From NCBI GenBank assembly GCA_031367345.1, contig JANLPR010000117.1, positions 9,759 to 73,758 on the forward strand: a stretch of 64,000 nt of DNA, in the 5' to 3' direction. Below the pieces are notes generated by a model, which worked only from the letters and a program-made list of their open reading frames with translations, had not been told where the DNA came from and made no database searches. The position numbers and the translations under genes were made by a program. Shown in pieces: positions 8,428 through 19,066 of the stretch. Numbering within the stretch: the first letter of the stretch is position 1; every line of letters begins with the position of its first letter. This DNA is from Bacteroidota bacterium (lineage in GTDB: Bacteria; Bacteroidota; Bacteroidia; AKYH767-A; 2013-40CM-41-45).

Positions 8428-9123
8428 TTATACTTCAAAGCTGAAGCCTTTTTTCTTTAGTTTATTATATTTTTTTAAATTGAATCTATACAGTTTTGCG
8501 GCACGATGAGAAACGCCGCTTTGTTTTTTTGCGAACTCTTGCAAGAAGCCATAGCTCAATATTTTTTTTCTAAAATTCCGTTTATCAATATTCTTCTCAC
8601 AAATAGCTTCATACACATGTTGCAGTTCAGTTAAAGTGAATTTTGAAGGTAATAATTCAAATACTAAAGGTTCAAAATTGATCTTATGCCTAATAAGTTC
8701 CAATGCTTTGCTTGCTATTTCATGGTGATCGAAAGCAAGTTTTGGCAATGAATTTGCCGGCCACCAAAGTGCTTTTTTTGCAAATGATGTTATCGGATGT
8801 AGTCCTTCATCGGTACGTTTAATAATTGAGTAGTAAGCAACAGTAATTACCCGGCCTTGAGGATGACGATCAGTTTTTCCAAATGTGTGAAACTGCTCCA
8901 TGAATATGTTTTTAAGACCTGTTAATTCGTACAATATTCGTTGAGCCGCCTCGTCGAGGTCTTCATTGTCTTGAACCAAATTTCCGGGTATTGCTTTCCA
9001 TCCGTTGAATGGAGCTTTATTCCTTTCAATGAGTAAAATTTTTAATTCGCCTTCATCGAAACCAAAAATTACACAGTCAACTGAGAAGTCGGAGTGAAGT
9101 TTAGGTAGTTTGCTTTTAGTCAT
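8428..9123 (-). CDS. NrtR/AraR-family transcriptional regulator (degenerate Nudix + wHTH)
   Basis: SVDCVIFG, degenerate Nudix box (PGNLV...EAAQRILYELTGL), EQFHTFG..DRHP, LAFDH, FTLTELQ, DKRNFRKK, RAAKLYRF. Confidence 0.92.
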   Translation of the reverse strand: MTKSKLPKLHSDFSVDCVIFGFDEGELKILLIERNKAPFNGWKAIPGNLVQDNEDLDEAAQRILYELTGLKNIFMEQFHTFGKTDRHPQGRVITVAYYSIIKRTDEGLHPITSFAKKALWWPANSLPKLAFDHHEIASKALELIRHKINFEPLVFELLPSKFTLTELQHVYEAICEKNIDKRNFRKKILSYGFLQEFAKKQSGVSHRAAKLYRFNLKKYNKLKKKGFSFEV

Positions 9124-9277
9124 TGGATGTGCAAATTAGAAAAATTGATTTCTATTAGATACTAAATTAGAAATATTTTTAATTATTAATGCCGAAATTG
9201 GGAATAACTCTCATTAAATAGAAGGAAACATTAATTTATTCTACTTAAATTTGCAAATGGGTAGTATATAATTACCT

Positions 9278-9296
9278 TAGTGTAATATTTACACTA
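9278..9296. promoter_or_regulatory. Putative NrtR/AraR operator
   Basis: TAGTGTAA-TAT-TTACACTA, a perfect 8-bp inverted repeat with the GT-N7-AC core of NrtR-family boxes, 16 nt upstream of the pfkA start. Confidence 0.8.
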
Positions 9297-9312
9297 TCAA
9301 AGTTAATATTAA

Positions 9313-10299
9313 ATGGCTAAATCAAAAATAAAACGAATTGGATTACTTACTTCCGGTGGAGATGCTCCTGGCATGAACGCTGCAATTCGTGCAGTAGTAA
9401 GAACCGGCATCTTTTACAATAAGCAGATAATTGGCATTACACGAGGATACGAAGGGTTGATCTTGAATGCCATTAAGCCCATGAATTCTAGGTCGGTGAG
9501 TAATATTATTCACCGCGGAGGTACGATTCTTAAAACCGCTCGGTGTCTTGAGTTTAAAACCGAGAAAGGTATGGCCAAAGCATATCGAAATTTTAAAGCA
9601 AATAAACTGGATGGTTTAGTAGTGATAGGTGGTGATGGAACTTTCAAAGGTGCAGAAGAGTTTTCGAATCGCTACGATGTACCGGTGATTGGCGTTCCTG
9701 GTACAATTGATAACGATCTTTATGGAACAGATTATACGATCGGTTTCGACACGGCAACAAATACTACCATAGAAGCAATCGATAAAATAAGAGACACTGC
9801 TGCATCACATAATCGATTATTTTTTATTGAAGTAATGGGTCGTGATTCCGGTTGCATTGCACTTTGGTCGGGTATAGCAGGTGGATCAGAAGCAATTCTT
9901 TTGCCTGAACGTCAAACCAATTTTGAAGACCTTATAAAAATTCTAAAGACAGGTGCCAAAAATAAAAAAGCATCGAGCATCGTGATTATTGCAGAAGGTG
10001 ATAAAAGCGGAGGAGCATTGAAGATCGCAGAGAAAGTTAAAAAGAAATTTAATTTCTATGATACAAAAGTGACGATACTGGGCCATCTGCAACGCGGAGG
10101 CAGTCCCTCTTGCTTCGATCGCGTACTTGCAAGTCGATTGGGCGCTCAAGCAGTAGAGTCGCTTATTGCAGGTGAATCAAATAAAATGGTGGGCTTAATG
10201 GATAACAAAATTAAATTGACTGATCTGAAGCTGGCAACAACAAATCAATTTGAATTGGATAATAATCTTATTAGATTAGCATCTATATTGGCAATGTAA
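9313..10299 (+). CDS. pfkA: ATP-dependent 6-phosphofructokinase
   Basis: TSGGDAPGMNAAIR, GGDGT, PGTIDND, EVMGR, LGHLQRGG motifs. Confidence 0.97.
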   Translation: MAKSKIKRIGLLTSGGDAPGMNAAIRAVVRTGIFYNKQIIGITRGYEGLILNAIKPMNSRSVSNIIHRGGTILKTARCLEFKTEKGMAKAYRNFKANKLDGLVVIGGDGTFKGAEEFSNRYDVPVIGVPGTIDNDLYGTDYTIGFDTATNTTIEAIDKIRDTAASHNRLFFIEVMGRDSGCIALWSGIAGGSEAILLPERQTNFEDLIKILKTGAKNKKASSIVIIAEGDKSGGALKIAEKVKKKFNFYDTKVTILGHLQRGGSPSCFDRVLASRLGAQAVESLIAGESNKMVGLMDNKIKLTDLKLATTNQFELDNNLIRLASILAM

Positions 10300-10343
10300 A
10301 ATTGCAGATATTGAATTAATTTATTTTTACTTAAATTATTAGA

Positions 10344-11981
10344 ATGATAACGAACACAACTAGCAATACGAAAACAGATAAAATTTTTCCAAGCCTGAAT
10401 GATATACCTGAAAGTTTAAAGGTCAACAGTCAAATCGAACAGACGGAATATTTAGTGAATGGAGAAATATTGAAATGGAACGGACCTATAAAAGATGTTT
10501 ACTCTCCTATTTTTGTAAATGAAAATGGTGTTTCGAAACAAGTACGGTTAGGCTCACAGCCGATTTTGAATAAGGAAGCTGCTTTAAGAGCACTTGATGC
10601 TGCTGTTGCTTCCTATAACAACGGCAGAGGTGAATGGGCTACAATGAGTATCAGAAAAAGAATTGAACACATGGTTAATTTCACAAAGCGGATGAAAGAG
10701 AAGCGCGATGAAGTTGTGAAAATGATTATGTGGGAAATTGGTAAAAGTTTTTCTGACTCACAAAAAGAGTTTGATCGTACAATTGATTACATTCAAGATA
10801 CAATTGATGCTTTGAAAACGTTGGATCGTGATAGTTCACGCATTCAAAAAGTACAAGGTGTGTATGCTCAAATTCGTCGAGGCCCATTGGGTATTGTACT
10901 TTGTATGGGACCATACAATTATCCTTTGAATGAAACGTATTGTAATTTGATCCCTGCTCTTATTATGGGCAATTCTGTTATTTTTAAACCTGCAAAGTAT
11001 GGTGTTTTGCTTCACAAGCCTTTGTTAGAAATATTTCGTGATTCTTTTCCTAAAGGAGTCATCAATATTATTTATGGTGAAGGTGCTGAGACGAGCGGAA
11101 CTTTAATGGCTTCCGGAAAAATAGATTGTCTTGCATTTATTGGTACTAGTCGTGTTGCAAATATTTTAAAGAAGCAACATCCTTTTCCAAATCGGTTGAG
11201 AGGTGCGCTCGGTCTTGAAGCTAAAAACCCGGCAATCATTTTGCCCGATGCCGAACTTGAAATGACAGTTAGTGAATGTATCACAGGATCATTATCTTTT
11301 AACGGCCAGCGATGCACGGCGTTGAAAATGATTTTTGTCCACAAATCGGTTGCTAAGTCATTCTTGGAAAAATTTTGTCAAAAGTTGGATACTTTAAAAG
11401 CAGGTATGCCTTGGGAAGAAAATGTAATGCTCACCCCTTTACCTGAAAAAGGAAAAACTAACTATTTGAAAGAACTGATTGATGATGCAGTTTCTAAAGG
11501 TGCGACTGTAATAAATAAAAATGGTGGCGAGGTAAACGAAAGTTTTATGTATCCTGCTGTACTTACCGGTGTACTTCCTTCTATGCGTATATATACTGAA
11601 GAACAATTTGGCCCTGTAGTTCCCATAATAGAATTTACCGATGTACAAGAACCCATCGATTACATTGTAAATTCAAATTATGGTCAGCAGGTAAGTATTT
11701 TCGGATCTAATTCCGATGAAATTGCTCATCTTATCGATCCGCTCGTAAATCAAGTTTGTAGAGTGAATATAAATAGCCAATGTCAACGTGGGCCAGATGT
11801 ATTTCCTTTTAATGGAAGAAAAGATTCGGCTGAAGGAACATTAAGTGTGAGTGATGCTCTTCGTGTTTTTAGTATTCGTACGCTGGTAGCTACAAAAGAG
11901 AATGATCTTAACAAAAGTATTCTAACGGAGATATTAGATGAAAGGAAATCTTCATTCTTAAGTACAGACTTTATTCTTTAG
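10344..11981 (+). CDS. gapN: NADP-dependent non-phosphorylating glyceraldehyde-3-phosphate dehydrogenase (ALDH superfamily)
   Basis: [19 protein letters not shown] (catalytic Glu), SFNGQRCTA (catalytic Cys), [20 protein letters not shown]. Confidence 0.88.
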   Translation: MITNTTSNTKTDKIFPSLNDIPESLKVNSQIEQTEYLVNGEILKWNGPIKDVYSPIFVNENGVSKQVRLGSQPILNKEAALRALDAAVASYNNGRGEWATMSIRKRIEHMVNFTKRMKEKRDEVVKMIMWEIGKSFSDSQKEFDRTIDYIQDTIDALKTLDRDSSRIQKVQGVYAQIRRGPLGIVLCMGPYNYPLNETYCNLIPALIMGNSVIFKPAKYGVLLHKPLLEIFRDSFPKGVINIIYGEGAETSGTLMASGKIDCLAFIGTSRVANILKKQHPFPNRLRGALGLEAKNPAIILPDAELEMTVSECITGSLSFNGQRCTALKMIFVHKSVAKSFLEKFCQKLDTLKAGMPWEENVMLTPLPEKGKTNYLKELIDDAVSKGATVINKNGGEVNESFMYPAVLTGVLPSMRIYTEEQFGPVVPIIEFTDVQEPIDYIVNSNYGQQVSIFGSNSDEIAHLIDPLVNQVCRVNINSQCQRGPDVFPFNGRKDSAEGTLSVSDALRVFSIRTLVATKENDLNKSILTEILDERKSSFLSTDFIL

Positions 11982-12021
11982 TCATACTCCATAAATCATT
12001 TCTAATTTTAAAAATTGTTCT

Positions 12022-12873
12022 ATGATATTGGTAGCCGATAGCGGATCTACAAAAGCTGATTGGGTAATTATCGACCGTTCGGGGCCTAAAGAAAAGGTAA
12101 GTACAGTCGGATTTAATCCGTACTTCCATGATGAAGTTTTTATGCTCAATGCGCTTCAAAATAGTAAAGAGCTTTCTGTAATTGCAGCAAACATTGAAAA
12201 GGTATTCTTTTTTGGCGCTGGTTGTTCTAGCAATGAAAGAAATGAAATTGTAAATAAAGCGCTCAATAAATTTTTTACAAAAGCTAATATTTCAATCGAC
12301 CACGATGTACTTGCAGCAGTACTTTCAACCTGTGGCGATGATCCGGGAATTTCATGTATTTTGGGAACTGGTAGTAATTCGTGTTTTTTCGACGGTACAA
12401 AGATTTACAAAAATAATTATGGTCTTGGTTTTATTATGGGCGATGAAGGGAGTGGATCTTATTTCGGCAAAAAATTAATCTCTCATTATCTATATAATAT
12501 TTTACCTCTTCAGTTAAAGCAAAAATTTGAAGAGCAATTTGTGGTGAATAAAGAGATTATGATTGCCAATGTTTACAATAATCCGAATGCGAATGTTTGG
12601 TTGGCCTCTTTTGCAAAATTCTATATTGAAAATAAAAATGATCCATGGGTAATCAAAGTTGTTACCAATGGTATAAATGAATTTTTTGAATTGTCTGTTT
12701 GTGGTTACGATAATTTCGAAAAATATAAAATTCATTTTGTTGGAAGTATCGCTTTTTATTTTGAAGAAATTGTACGAAGTGTAGGAAAGGAAAAGAAAGC
12801 TCAAGTAGATAAAATAATTCAGCATCCAATTGGAAATTTGGCTGAATATTTTTGGCGGAAGGAATTTAATTAA
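12022..12873 (+). CDS. BadF/BadG/BcrA/BcrD-type sugar kinase (N-acetylglucosamine/glucose kinase-like)
   Basis: ADSGSTKADW, FFGAGC, ILGTGSN, GDEGSG, FVGSIA ASKHA motifs. Confidence 0.88.
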   Translation: MILVADSGSTKADWVIIDRSGPKEKVSTVGFNPYFHDEVFMLNALQNSKELSVIAANIEKVFFFGAGCSSNERNEIVNKALNKFFTKANISIDHDVLAAVLSTCGDDPGISCILGTGSNSCFFDGTKIYKNNYGLGFIMGDEGSGSYFGKKLISHYLYNILPLQLKQKFEEQFVVNKEIMIANVYNNPNANVWLASFAKFYIENKNDPWVIKVVTNGINEFFELSVCGYDNFEKYKIHFVGSIAFYFEEIVRSVGKEKKAQVDKIIQHPIGNLAEYFWRKEFN

Positions 12874-12954
12874 TGAGTTTTTGTACCTTGTGATCTCTTG
12901 GCTTATTAGAAAAGTTGGTTTAGATTATAATGACTTTTATTCTTATTATTTTAT

Positions 12955-13407
12955 ATGGAAAAATTATTTATTACAAATAAGATCGCTATTAAAGCTGATC
13001 GAGCTAGAGTTTGGAAAACGTTAACTGACCCAACTTTATCAAAAGAATACATGTTCGGTTGCGAAGCAATATCTACTTGGCGCCTCGGTGATCCACTTAC
13101 TTGGGAAATGATTTACGGTGGTAAACCATTCATTGCTGTGAAAGGGTATGTTGTTTCAATTTCACCTATGAAACATCTGTCCTATACCGTTTTTGATCCT
13201 CATTCTTCTATTCCTGACTTGCCTCAAAATTATTTAACCGTAACGTATGATCTTATTGAGGTTGACGATGAGGTAACTCTGATTGTAACTCAAGGTGATT
13301 TTAATCTGGTAGAAGATGGTGTGCGGAGATATACAGAAGCTTTCAATGGGGGAGAAGGGTGGAATCCGATTTTGCTTAAAATTAAAACTTGTGCTGAAGA
13401 GCAATAA
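12955..13407 (+). CDS. SRPBCC/AHSA1-domain protein
   Basis: IKADRARVWKTLTDP...W pattern and C-terminal GWNPILLKIK helix. Confidence 0.85.
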   Translation: MEKLFITNKIAIKADRARVWKTLTDPTLSKEYMFGCEAISTWRLGDPLTWEMIYGGKPFIAVKGYVVSISPMKHLSYTVFDPHSSIPDLPQNYLTVTYDLIEVDDEVTLIVTQGDFNLVEDGVRRYTEAFNGGEGWNPILLKIKTCAEEQ

Positions 13408-13429
13408 AATTCATTTCCTTACAATTATT

Positions 13430-14110
13430 ATGGACATAAAGATGGAAAGTAAACAAGCGCTTGCAGATGCTGAAAAAAAAGCGGAAGAATTATTTCATAC
13501 CATCGAAGATAAATCGTTGATCGTTGCAGGAAAATCTGAGAAACAACTCAACGAGGAAATATTTGAACTTGCGTATGAAATTTTTGGTATCGAAAAATTT
13601 TGGCATAAGAGAATTGTTCGTGCCGGAGAAAACACCTTGCATCCATACGATGAAAATCCTCCTGACCGTATCATTCAGGCCGACGATATTTTATTTTTCG
13701 ACTTCGGTCCGGTATTCGATGAATGGGAAGCTGACTTTGGTAGAACTTATGTCTTAGGTAATGATCCTGTGAAAATAAAATTGAAAGAAGATGTTGAACG
13801 ATTATGGTTTGAAGTGAGGGATTGGACTCACCAGCAAAAGGATCTTTCTTGTAGTCAATTATATGTGCATTGTTTTAAAAGGGCTCGGCAGTTAGGATGG
13901 GAATTTGGTGGTGAAATAGCCGGCCACATAGTTGGTCAGTTTCCTCATGAGCGTATCGGAAAAAATATGATTGAACTATACATTCATCCGGAAAATAACG
14001 ACCTTCTGTCTTTACCCGATAAAAACGGTAATCAAAGAGATTGGATTCTTGAAATACATTTGGTCGATAGAGTTCGAAAAATTGGTGGCTTCTTCGAACA
14101 GTTGCTTTAA
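13430..14110 (+). CDS. M24-family metallopeptidase (aminopeptidase P-like)
   Basis: DILFFDFGP, EADFGRT, GHIVG, ILEIH metal ligands. Start moved to ATG 13430 to avoid overlap with the upstream gene. Confidence 0.85.
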   Translation: MDIKMESKQALADAEKKAEELFHTIEDKSLIVAGKSEKQLNEEIFELAYEIFGIEKFWHKRIVRAGENTLHPYDENPPDRIIQADDILFFDFGPVFDEWEADFGRTYVLGNDPVKIKLKEDVERLWFEVRDWTHQQKDLSCSQLYVHCFKRARQLGWEFGGEIAGHIVGQFPHERIGKNMIELYIHPENNDLLSLPDKNGNQRDWILEIHLVDRVRKIGGFFEQLL

Positions 14111-14155
14111 GGGGAGCGCCAACTTACATGAGTCATTAGATAATATTGTTCGTTT

Positions 14156-14908
14156 TCAATCTTCGTATTTAAGAAGATGAAAATCATTTCCGTCAAACAC
14201 ACCATACGTAAAATACTGGATCCAGTCACCCAAATTGACATATCTGCTATTTTCATTCAGTGTAATATCTAATGGCAAGTGGCGATGGCCAAATATTAAA
14301 TAATCGAAATGTTTTTTCGCAATAATTTCTTTTGAATAAATAACGAGCCATTCTTTTTCTTCGCCTAAAAATTTTTCATCGGTTGTGCCTGTAGCAACTC
14401 TACTTTTTTTAGAAAAATAATTCGCCAGTCCAATTCCAAAATTCGGATGAAGACGTGCAAATAACCACTGAGAGATAGAACTGGCGAATATTTTTTTAAT
14501 GAATTTGTAACCATGATCTCCCGGTCCTAATCCATCTCCATGTCCGATATAAAATTTTTTTCCGTTGTATTCCTGCTCAATTGGTTTACGATAAATGGTA
14601 GCGTTCAATTCTTTTTTCAGATAATCGAATGTCCACATGTCATGATTTCCGGTAAAATAAAATAGTTTTATTCCCGCATCCGAAAGTTCAGCTAGTTTTC
14701 CCAATAGTCGAACATACCCTCTAGGAGCAACGGTTTTGTATTCGAACCAAAAATCAAAAACATCGCCCATCAAATACAATTCTTCTGCATCAGCTTTGAT
14801 CGAGTCAAGCCATTTGACGATTTTCTTTTCACGTTCTAAACTCTTCTCATATGTTGGAACACCGAGGTGAAAGTCTGAAGCAAAATAAATTTTTTTACCG
14901 GGAATCAC
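14156..14908 (-). CDS. lpxH: UDP-2,3-diacylglucosamine diphosphatase (LpxH-like metallophosphoesterase)
   Basis: ASDFHLG, MGDVFDFW, TGNHD, GHGD, FGHRH, NLGDW. GTG start overlaps the upstream TAG. Confidence 0.8.
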   Translation of the reverse strand: MIPGKKIYFASDFHLGVPTYEKSLEREKKIVKWLDSIKADAEELYLMGDVFDFWFEYKTVAPRGYVRLLGKLAELSDAGIKLFYFTGNHDMWTFDYLKKELNATIYRKPIEQEYNGKKFYIGHGDGLGPGDHGYKFIKKIFASSISQWLFARLHPNFGIGLANYFSKKSRVATGTTDEKFLGEEKEWLVIYSKEIIAKKHFDYLIFGHRHLPLDITLNENSRYVNLGDWIQYFTYGVFDGNDFHLLKYED

Positions 14909-17900
14909 TATTTATAAATATTACGGATGTATGTTAATGGATTTAGGTTCTGCAAATGTAATTCAAATCGAATAGTATTTCCAAAATTCAAATTTTGAGA
15001 GTCAATTGCATATTTGATGTCTTTACTATAAGCAAATGGGAAGTAGATTGTAAGAACGTTCTTTATTACCGGAAATTCTACTCCAAGTTCCCAAGTGATG
15101 CCTGAGAAATCGATAAAGCTCAACTTTGCATTGTCGAAAGTCCCAACATTTGCATACAATTTAAAAGGAATGAGCCCGGGGAGTGTAGTGGAGGCGTTAA
15201 ATCCTGTTATCCACTTCTCCGCTTTTCTATAAAATAAAGTTGGCGCAGTAAATCCTGCACCGGTTCTGCTAAATTGCTGCGACCAGATTCCGTTAGTTTC
15301 TGTTCGGCCTAAATATATATCGTCATATAAATAATCTGTTGCGCCCGTTGTTCCACTTAGATTATAACGATAATCAACATCGCGTTGTATCTCATTGTTG
15401 ATTTTTGTGAAGCCTGCAAAAAAGCGGATGCTTGCTCCTTTGTTCATCTGTCCATAACAAAAGAATTGTTTTAACTCTGCATTCAATTGTATAAAATCTT
15501 TATTCATTACAGCAAACACTTTCTGGCTACTTGCGTCCAATGGATTGCCATTCTCTCGACGATATTCTAATTTCAAATAATTGTAATCTATCTGTTGCGG
15601 AGCATAAAAAGCATTGAAAGGAATATCGCGTTTTACAAATACATCTCTAATTTCAATTTCTTTTCGAATGTTTTTTTGTGGATGTGGTCGCTTGAGTTGA
15701 ATGATAGCACGGGTGTCGAACTTAGTAAATTTTTGAATGTGATGATAGTTGTATGAATTGTTAAACGGTGTATAAAAGTCTTCCGCATAAGCATAATGCC
15801 CAATAGTTTCTTCGAATGTTATTTTCTTAATTGTATTGTTGTTAAGGTAAACATGATATTGAAGATCTAATCCGCCCGCAATGTCTTTTGTTCTGGTGCC
15901 ATACATTGGCATTAATGCGTATTCGAATTTCTTTTCAAAGAAATTAATATTATGCAAAACAATTCCCGGCATAATTGAATTGTATAAATTATAACCTACT
16001 ACAGGTATATAATATAAAGAAGTTCTTTCGGGATTTTCATTTCCTGATAAAAACTTGAAGTTGATCTTTTCTGTTTTTTTAAATAATCCGGCTGCTTTAA
16101 TCGTATTATTGCTTCTGTCTAGTTCAGGAATTTCTTTATTCCCATCGATTTTATAACTATATCCTTTTGAAAATGGAACTTCAATTTTTTTCAGCCCGGC
16201 AAAGCCTTCAATTAAGTTATTGCCTAATTTATTGCCGTTAGAGTAAGTTGTGATCCAGAGTGGCGAAATTATTTGTCCTTGATTTTTTACTATTACAGTT
16301 GCTGAATCTCGACTGTGAGTTGTTTTCGTAAATGAATAATCTATTTTTTTATTTGACCGCATTAAGTCATTAAAAAACCAAGCCAGATCTTTTCCGGATG
16401 TTTTTTCAAATTCATTTTTAATGTCATCCGGATCCGGATGTTTAAATTTCCACTTATCAAAATAGTTATTCATGCACTTGTCAAATAATGAATCACCTAA
16501 ATAACTTTTCAAATAGTCGACAGCAACACTAGTCTTATAATAGACATCACCTCTGTAATTGGCTCTCGATAAATTTTGTGAGGGTTGATCTTGCGACACA
16601 TCACTGTGCTTCCGTGCTCCTGCTAAATAACCAAGGTATTGAATCTCCTTATGGTTCAAAGCCGATAATGAAAGAATATTTTTTAGCTTTTTAAATGTCG
16701 AGATGTTTTCAAGTTGTAAGAGCGAATCATTTTTATACTGAGTATAAACATATCTTGTCTCGCAAAAATTAGTAAAGCCTTCATCCATCCATGGGTGATA
16801 CCGTTCATTACTTCCCAAGATTCCGTAGAACCAATTGTGAGCAACTTCATGAACAATGGTAACGTCTAACTCAAACGGATCGCCATAACTTCCAATAGTT
16901 GTGATCATCGGATATTCCATCCCATCACCGGAAGCATCAGTTACATCAACAGCAGTACAAGTAGCATAAGGATATTCTCCCACCCACTGTGACATAAATT
17001 TCAGAGTTCGCGAAATGTATTCCGGACTCATTTTCCACATAGCTGCTTCTGCATTTGTGAACATCGACCATGTGGTTACTATTCGTTTACTCGCCGGTAA
17101 TTCTACTTCTCCTTTTAATACATTCCATCTTTTATCGGCAAACCACGCAAAGTCGTGAATATTGTCTTGATAATAATGCAATGTTTTCCGTTCTTTTTCT
17201 GACGCCGGAAATTCCATTGACGTAGGAAATGTAGTAATTGAAGCGGTCGCTTTCGCTTTCTCATTTAGCCATTGCAACTCGGCAATACCATCTACTAATT
17301 CGCCGGTTGAACCTACTACATAATTTGCAGGTAAATTAATTATAACGTCGAAACTCCCAAACTCGCTATAGTATTCTCCTTTGTCTAAATAGCTAAAATA
17401 ATTCCATCCATTTTTATCAAATACCGCCGGTTTTGGAAACCATTGTGTAATAAAATATGCTTGTCCATTATGTCCAAGACGTGATAATTGATCGGAGGGA
17501 ATTTTTATTTTGAAGGGAGTGCTTATAGTAATACTTTTCCCGGGCAATAACGGCGATGAAAGTTTTATTTTTCCAATATCTATAGTGTCCGGTAGCAAAT
17601 TCCAATTTGCCAATGTTCCATCCACTGAAAATGAAAGTGAATCAATGAACCCCAAATCATTTTCAGCTGCAGTTAACAATTGATCAGATCCGGTATTAAA
17701 ATATTCTTGTGCTAGCGGTGTATTGGTGTTTTTGTATGCGTTTGGATAAAGATGAATGTAGATTTCGTTTAACGGAACTGGTGAGTTATTTGTATAAATA
17801 ATTGTTTCATCTGCCGAGAGCGTATGACGAACATCGTCGAGCGAAACATGGATCTTGTAATCCACTTTTTGCTGAAAGTAATTTTGTGCTGTAGATTGTA

Positions 17901-17943
17901 TAGAAAGCAAAACAAAAGCAAGCAGTAAGTGAATCTTATACAT
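14908..17943 (-). CDS. M1-family zinc aminopeptidase with a long C-terminal beta-rich region
   Basis: Signal peptide, DGMEYP exopeptidase motif, HEVAH-x18-E (MDEG). Confidence 0.88.
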   Translation of the reverse strand: MYKIHLLLAFVLLSIQSTAQNYFQQKVDYKIHVSLDDVRHTLSADETIIYTNNSPVPLNEIYIHLYPNAYKNTNTPLAQEYFNTGSDQLLTAAENDLGFIDSLSFSVDGTLANWNLLPDTIDIGKIKLSSPLLPGKSITISTPFKIKIPSDQLSRLGHNGQAYFITQWFPKPAVFDKNGWNYFSYLDKGEYYSEFGSFDVIINLPANYVVGSTGELVDGIAELQWLNEKAKATASITTFPTSMEFPASEKERKTLHYYQDNIHDFAWFADKRWNVLKGEVELPASKRIVTTWSMFTNAEAAMWKMSPEYISRTLKFMSQWVGEYPYATCTAVDVTDASGDGMEYPMITTIGSYGDPFELDVTIVHEVAHNWFYGILGSNERYHPWMDEGFTNFCETRYVYTQYKNDSLLQLENISTFKKLKNILSLSALNHKEIQYLGYLAGARKHSDVSQDQPSQNLSRANYRGDVYYKTSVAVDYLKSYLGDSLFDKCMNNYFDKWKFKHPDPDDIKNEFEKTSGKDLAWFFNDLMRSNKKIDYSFTKTTHSRDSATVIVKNQGQIISPLWITTYSNGNKLGNNLIEGFAGLKKIEVPFSKGYSYKIDGNKEIPELDRSNNTIKAAGLFKKTEKINFKFLSGNENPERTSLYYIPVVGYNLYNSIMPGIVLHNINFFEKKFEYALMPMYGTRTKDIAGGLDLQYHVYLNNNTIKKITFEETIGHYAYAEDFYTPFNNSYNYHHIQKFTKFDTRAIIQLKRPHPQKNIRKEIEIRDVFVKRDIPFNAFYAPQQIDYNYLKLEYRRENGNPLDASSQKVFAVMNKDFIQLNAELKQFFCYGQMNKGASIRFFAGFTKINNEIQRDVDYRYNLSGTTGATDYLYDDIYLGRTETNGIWSQQFSRTGAGFTAPTLFYRKAEKWITGFNASTTLPGLIPFKLYANVGTFDNAKLSFIDFSGITWELGVEFPVIKNVLTIYFPFAYSKDIKYAIDSQNLNFGNTIRFELHLQNLNPLTYIRNIYK

Positions 17944-17960
17944 AAACCAGTTTCAAATGA

Positions 17961-19064
17961 TCAATTTTGTTTTATTGCTTCCGATATTTTTGAAATAAGA
18001 TCTTCTCCTCGTATTCCTTTTTCAAGTATTCTTCCTTCACGATCTATGAGTACGTTTGTAGGGATAGCTTCTATCTGATATGCCTTTGCAACTTCACTAT
18101 CCCATCTTTTCAGGTCACTCACTTGTATCCAACTTATTTTGTCTTGTTTAATTGCATTCTTCCAAGCTTCAATATTGTTATCCAACGATACACCATAAAT
18201 TTCAAAGTCTTTTCCTTTTAACTGATTGTAAGCTTCGACTATCGTAGGATTTTCTCTACGGCATGGAGCACACCAACTTGCCCAAAAATCAATAAGAACA
18301 ACTTTGCCTTTGAGCGATGAAAGTTTAATAGTTGTTCCTTCAGGTGTATTCAAAGAAATTTCAGGAGCCAAACTTCCATTTGGCAATTTAGATAGTCCCG
18401 CTACTAACGATTTGAAATCTTGAACATATCTATTTTTAGGAAGTAATTCGGAAAGTTTTTTTTCTAATTCTTGCATCAATCCAAGTTCCGCCTGCTGATT
18501 TAAAAATTTTGTAGCAGAGAGTGAAACGATACTTGTTAAATTATTTTTAATTAGATTTTTACTGAACTCTTCCATCGTACGAGTATAGTATCCTTGAAGT
18601 TCCATGCCTATTGAATCTGCAACCATACGATCTGAATTTCTCACCGATGCATAAACAGTATTCAAAGAATCGCCAAGTAGTCTGTCGTACGAACGTAGCT
18701 TTTTCAATAATTCAGAATCTTTAGAACCTTTTACTTTATACGAGTTTTCAAGACTTTGTGCATCTCCTGTTAGATCTACATTCTCACCAACATTCAATAC
18801 AAGGAAGAGTGAATTTGTACTGTCAGCTTTCAAGATAAAATAATCTATCTCTTTAGCAGGATTCGATAGTTTAAATTCTCCTTTAGTGTTCACTTTTACA
18901 GAGTCGATTACTTCATCGCCATTTTCAGTAATTTTTTCCAAATAGATATAAGTGCCATTGAAGTTTTCTAATTTACCTTTAATGGTTCCGCTTTTGTTTT
19001 GATTGGAGCAAGAAAGTACAATTACACTGAGAGCAAGAATGCTTAGAATGTTTCCGGTTTTCAT
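17961..19064 (-). CDS. TlpA-like thiol:disulfide oxidoreductase lipoprotein (DUF4369 + AhpC/TSA)
   Basis: Lipobox VLSC and FWASWCAPCR motif. Confidence 0.9.
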   Translation of the reverse strand: MKTGNILSILALSVIVLSCSNQNKSGTIKGKLENFNGTYIYLEKITENGDEVIDSVKVNTKGEFKLSNPAKEIDYFILKADSTNSLFLVLNVGENVDLTGDAQSLENSYKVKGSKDSELLKKLRSYDRLLGDSLNTVYASVRNSDRMVADSIGMELQGYYTRTMEEFSKNLIKNNLTSIVSLSATKFLNQQAELGLMQELEKKLSELLPKNRYVQDFKSLVAGLSKLPNGSLAPEISLNTPEGTTIKLSSLKGKVVLIDFWASWCAPCRRENPTIVEAYNQLKGKDFEIYGVSLDNNIEAWKNAIKQDKISWIQVSDLKRWDSEVAKAYQIEAIPTNVLIDREGRILEKGIRGEDLISKISEAIKQN

Positions 19065-19066
19065 TT

